Part shown: positions 62,498-64,000 of the stretch, one piece after another | Position numbering within the stretch: position 1 is the first letter of the stretch | Layout: every line of letters starts with the position of its first letter | DNA from: Mustelus asterias | Taxonomy: Eukaryota | Assembly (NCBI RefSeq): GCF_964213995.1 | Contig: NW_027590468.1 | Location: 248,001 to 312,000, forward strand | Length of the DNA stretch: 64,000 nt | Direction of reading: 5' to 3' | Notes under the pieces: model-generated | The model's database searches: none | Seen by the model: only the letters and a program-made list of their open reading frames with translations | Told to the model about the DNA's origin: nothing | Program-made: the position numbers and the translations under genes

Positions 62498-64000
62498 ACA
62501 AAGAGAGAGAGACAGAGACGCAAAGAGAGAGAGACAGAGCGGGAGGGGGCCAGAAAGAGAGAGAGAAACAGAGAGACAGAGCGAGAGACAAAGACGGAGG
62601 GAGACAAAGACGGAGGGAGACAAAGACGGAGGGAGACAAAGACGGAGGGAGACAAAGACGGAGGGAGACAAAGACGGAGGGAGACAAAGACGGAGGGAGG
62701 CAAAGACGGAGGGAGGCAAAGACGGAGGGAGGCAAAGACGGAGGGAGGCAAAGACGGAGGGAGGCAAAGACGGAGGGAGGCAAAGACGGAGGGAGGCAAA
62801 GACGGAGGGAGGCAAAGACGGAGGGAGGCAAAGACGGAGGGAGGCAAAGACGGAGGGAGGCAAAGACGGAGGGAGGCAAAGACGGAGGGAGGCAAAGACG
62901 GAGGGAGGCAAAGACGGAGGGAGGCAAAGACGGAGGGAGACAAAGACGGAGGGAGACAAAGACGGAGGGAGACAAAGACGGAGGGAGACAAAGACGGAGG
63001 GAGACAAAGACGGAGGGAGACAAAGACGGAGGGAGACAAAGACGGAGGGAGACAAAGACGGAGGGAGACAAAGACGGAGGGAGACAAAGACGGAGGGAGA
63101 CACAGACGGAGGGAGACACAGACGGAGGGAGACACAGAGGGAGGGAGACACAGAGGGAGGGAGACACAGAGGGAGGGAGACACAGAGGGAGGGAGACACA
63201 GAGGGAGGGAGACACAGAGGGAGGGAGACACAGAGGGAGGGAGACACAGAGGGAGGGAGACACAGAGGGAGGGAGACACAGAGGGAGGGAGACACAGAGG
63301 GAGGGAGACACAGAGGGAGGGAGACACAGAGGGAGGGAGACACAGAGGGAGGGAGACACAGAGGGAGGGAGACACAGAGGGAGGGTGACACAGAGGGAGG
63401 GTGACACAGAGGGAGGGTGACACAGAGGGAGGGTGACACAGAGGGAGGGTGACACAGAGGGAGGGTGACACAGAGGGAGGGTGACACAGAGGGAGGGTGA
63501 CACAGAGGGAGGGTGACACAGAGGGAGGGTGACACAGAGGGAGGGTGACACAGAGGGAGGGAGACACAGAGGGAGGGAGACACAGAGGGAGGGAGACACA
63601 GAGGGAGGGAGACACAGAGGGAGGGAGACACAGAGGGAGGGAGACACAGAGGGAGGGAGACACAGAGGGAGGGAGACACAGAGGGAGGGAGACACAGAGG
63701 GAGGGAGACACAGAGGGAGGGAGACACAGAGGGAGGGAGACACAGAGGGAGGGAGACACAGAGGGAGGGAGACACAGAGGGAGGGAGACACAGAGGGAGG
63801 GAGACACAGAGGGAGGGAGACACAGAGGGAGGGAGACACAGAGGGAGGGAGACACAGAGGGAGGGAGACACAGAGGGAGGGAGACACAGAGGGAGGGAGA
63901 CACAGAGGGAGGGAGACAGAGAGGGAGGGAGACAGAGAGGGAGGGAGACAGAGAGGGAGGGAGACAGAGAGGGAGGGAGGCAGAGAGGGAGGGAGGCAGA
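62498..64000 (+). repeat. GA-rich 16-bp satellite with blockwise variants
   Basis: (gacggagggagacaaa)n, then (gacggagggaggcaaa)n, (gagggagggagacaca)n, (gagggagggtgacaca)n. Confidence 0.97.

Noticed and set aside
62267-63903. 316-534 aa ORFs
   Set aside because: Same satellite artefact joined to a CR1 fragment

Overview
Eukaryotic, repeat-rich genomic DNA from a cartilaginous fish (inferred from HE1-type V-SINEs, CR1 LINEs and Penelope-type remnants). Positions ~0.4-46.5 kb are an unrearranged T-cell receptor alpha/delta variable (V) segment array. It holds 11 apparently intact V genes, each with a split leader exon, a V exon and a 3' RSS with a 23-nt spacer (24 nt in one). Six are on + and five on -. 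There are also 5 clear V pseudogenes and 3 V fragments, built by direct and inverted segmental duplications. No D, J or C segments, Ig-type V or NAR-TCR V were recognised. Embedded in the array are CTCF-like motifs in two positional classes (just 3' of the RSS, and upstream of leaders), a copy-number-variable 23-bp CRE (TGACGTCA) minisatellite in one V family's promoter, an intact tRNA-Val(CAC), a degenerate Val/Arg tRNA pair and Penelope-type minimal hammerhead ribozyme motifs. From ~48.5 kb there is a CpG-rich promoter-like element, then GA-rich 16-bp satellites, N gaps, CR1/SINE debris and near-identical duplications that may be assembly artefacts.
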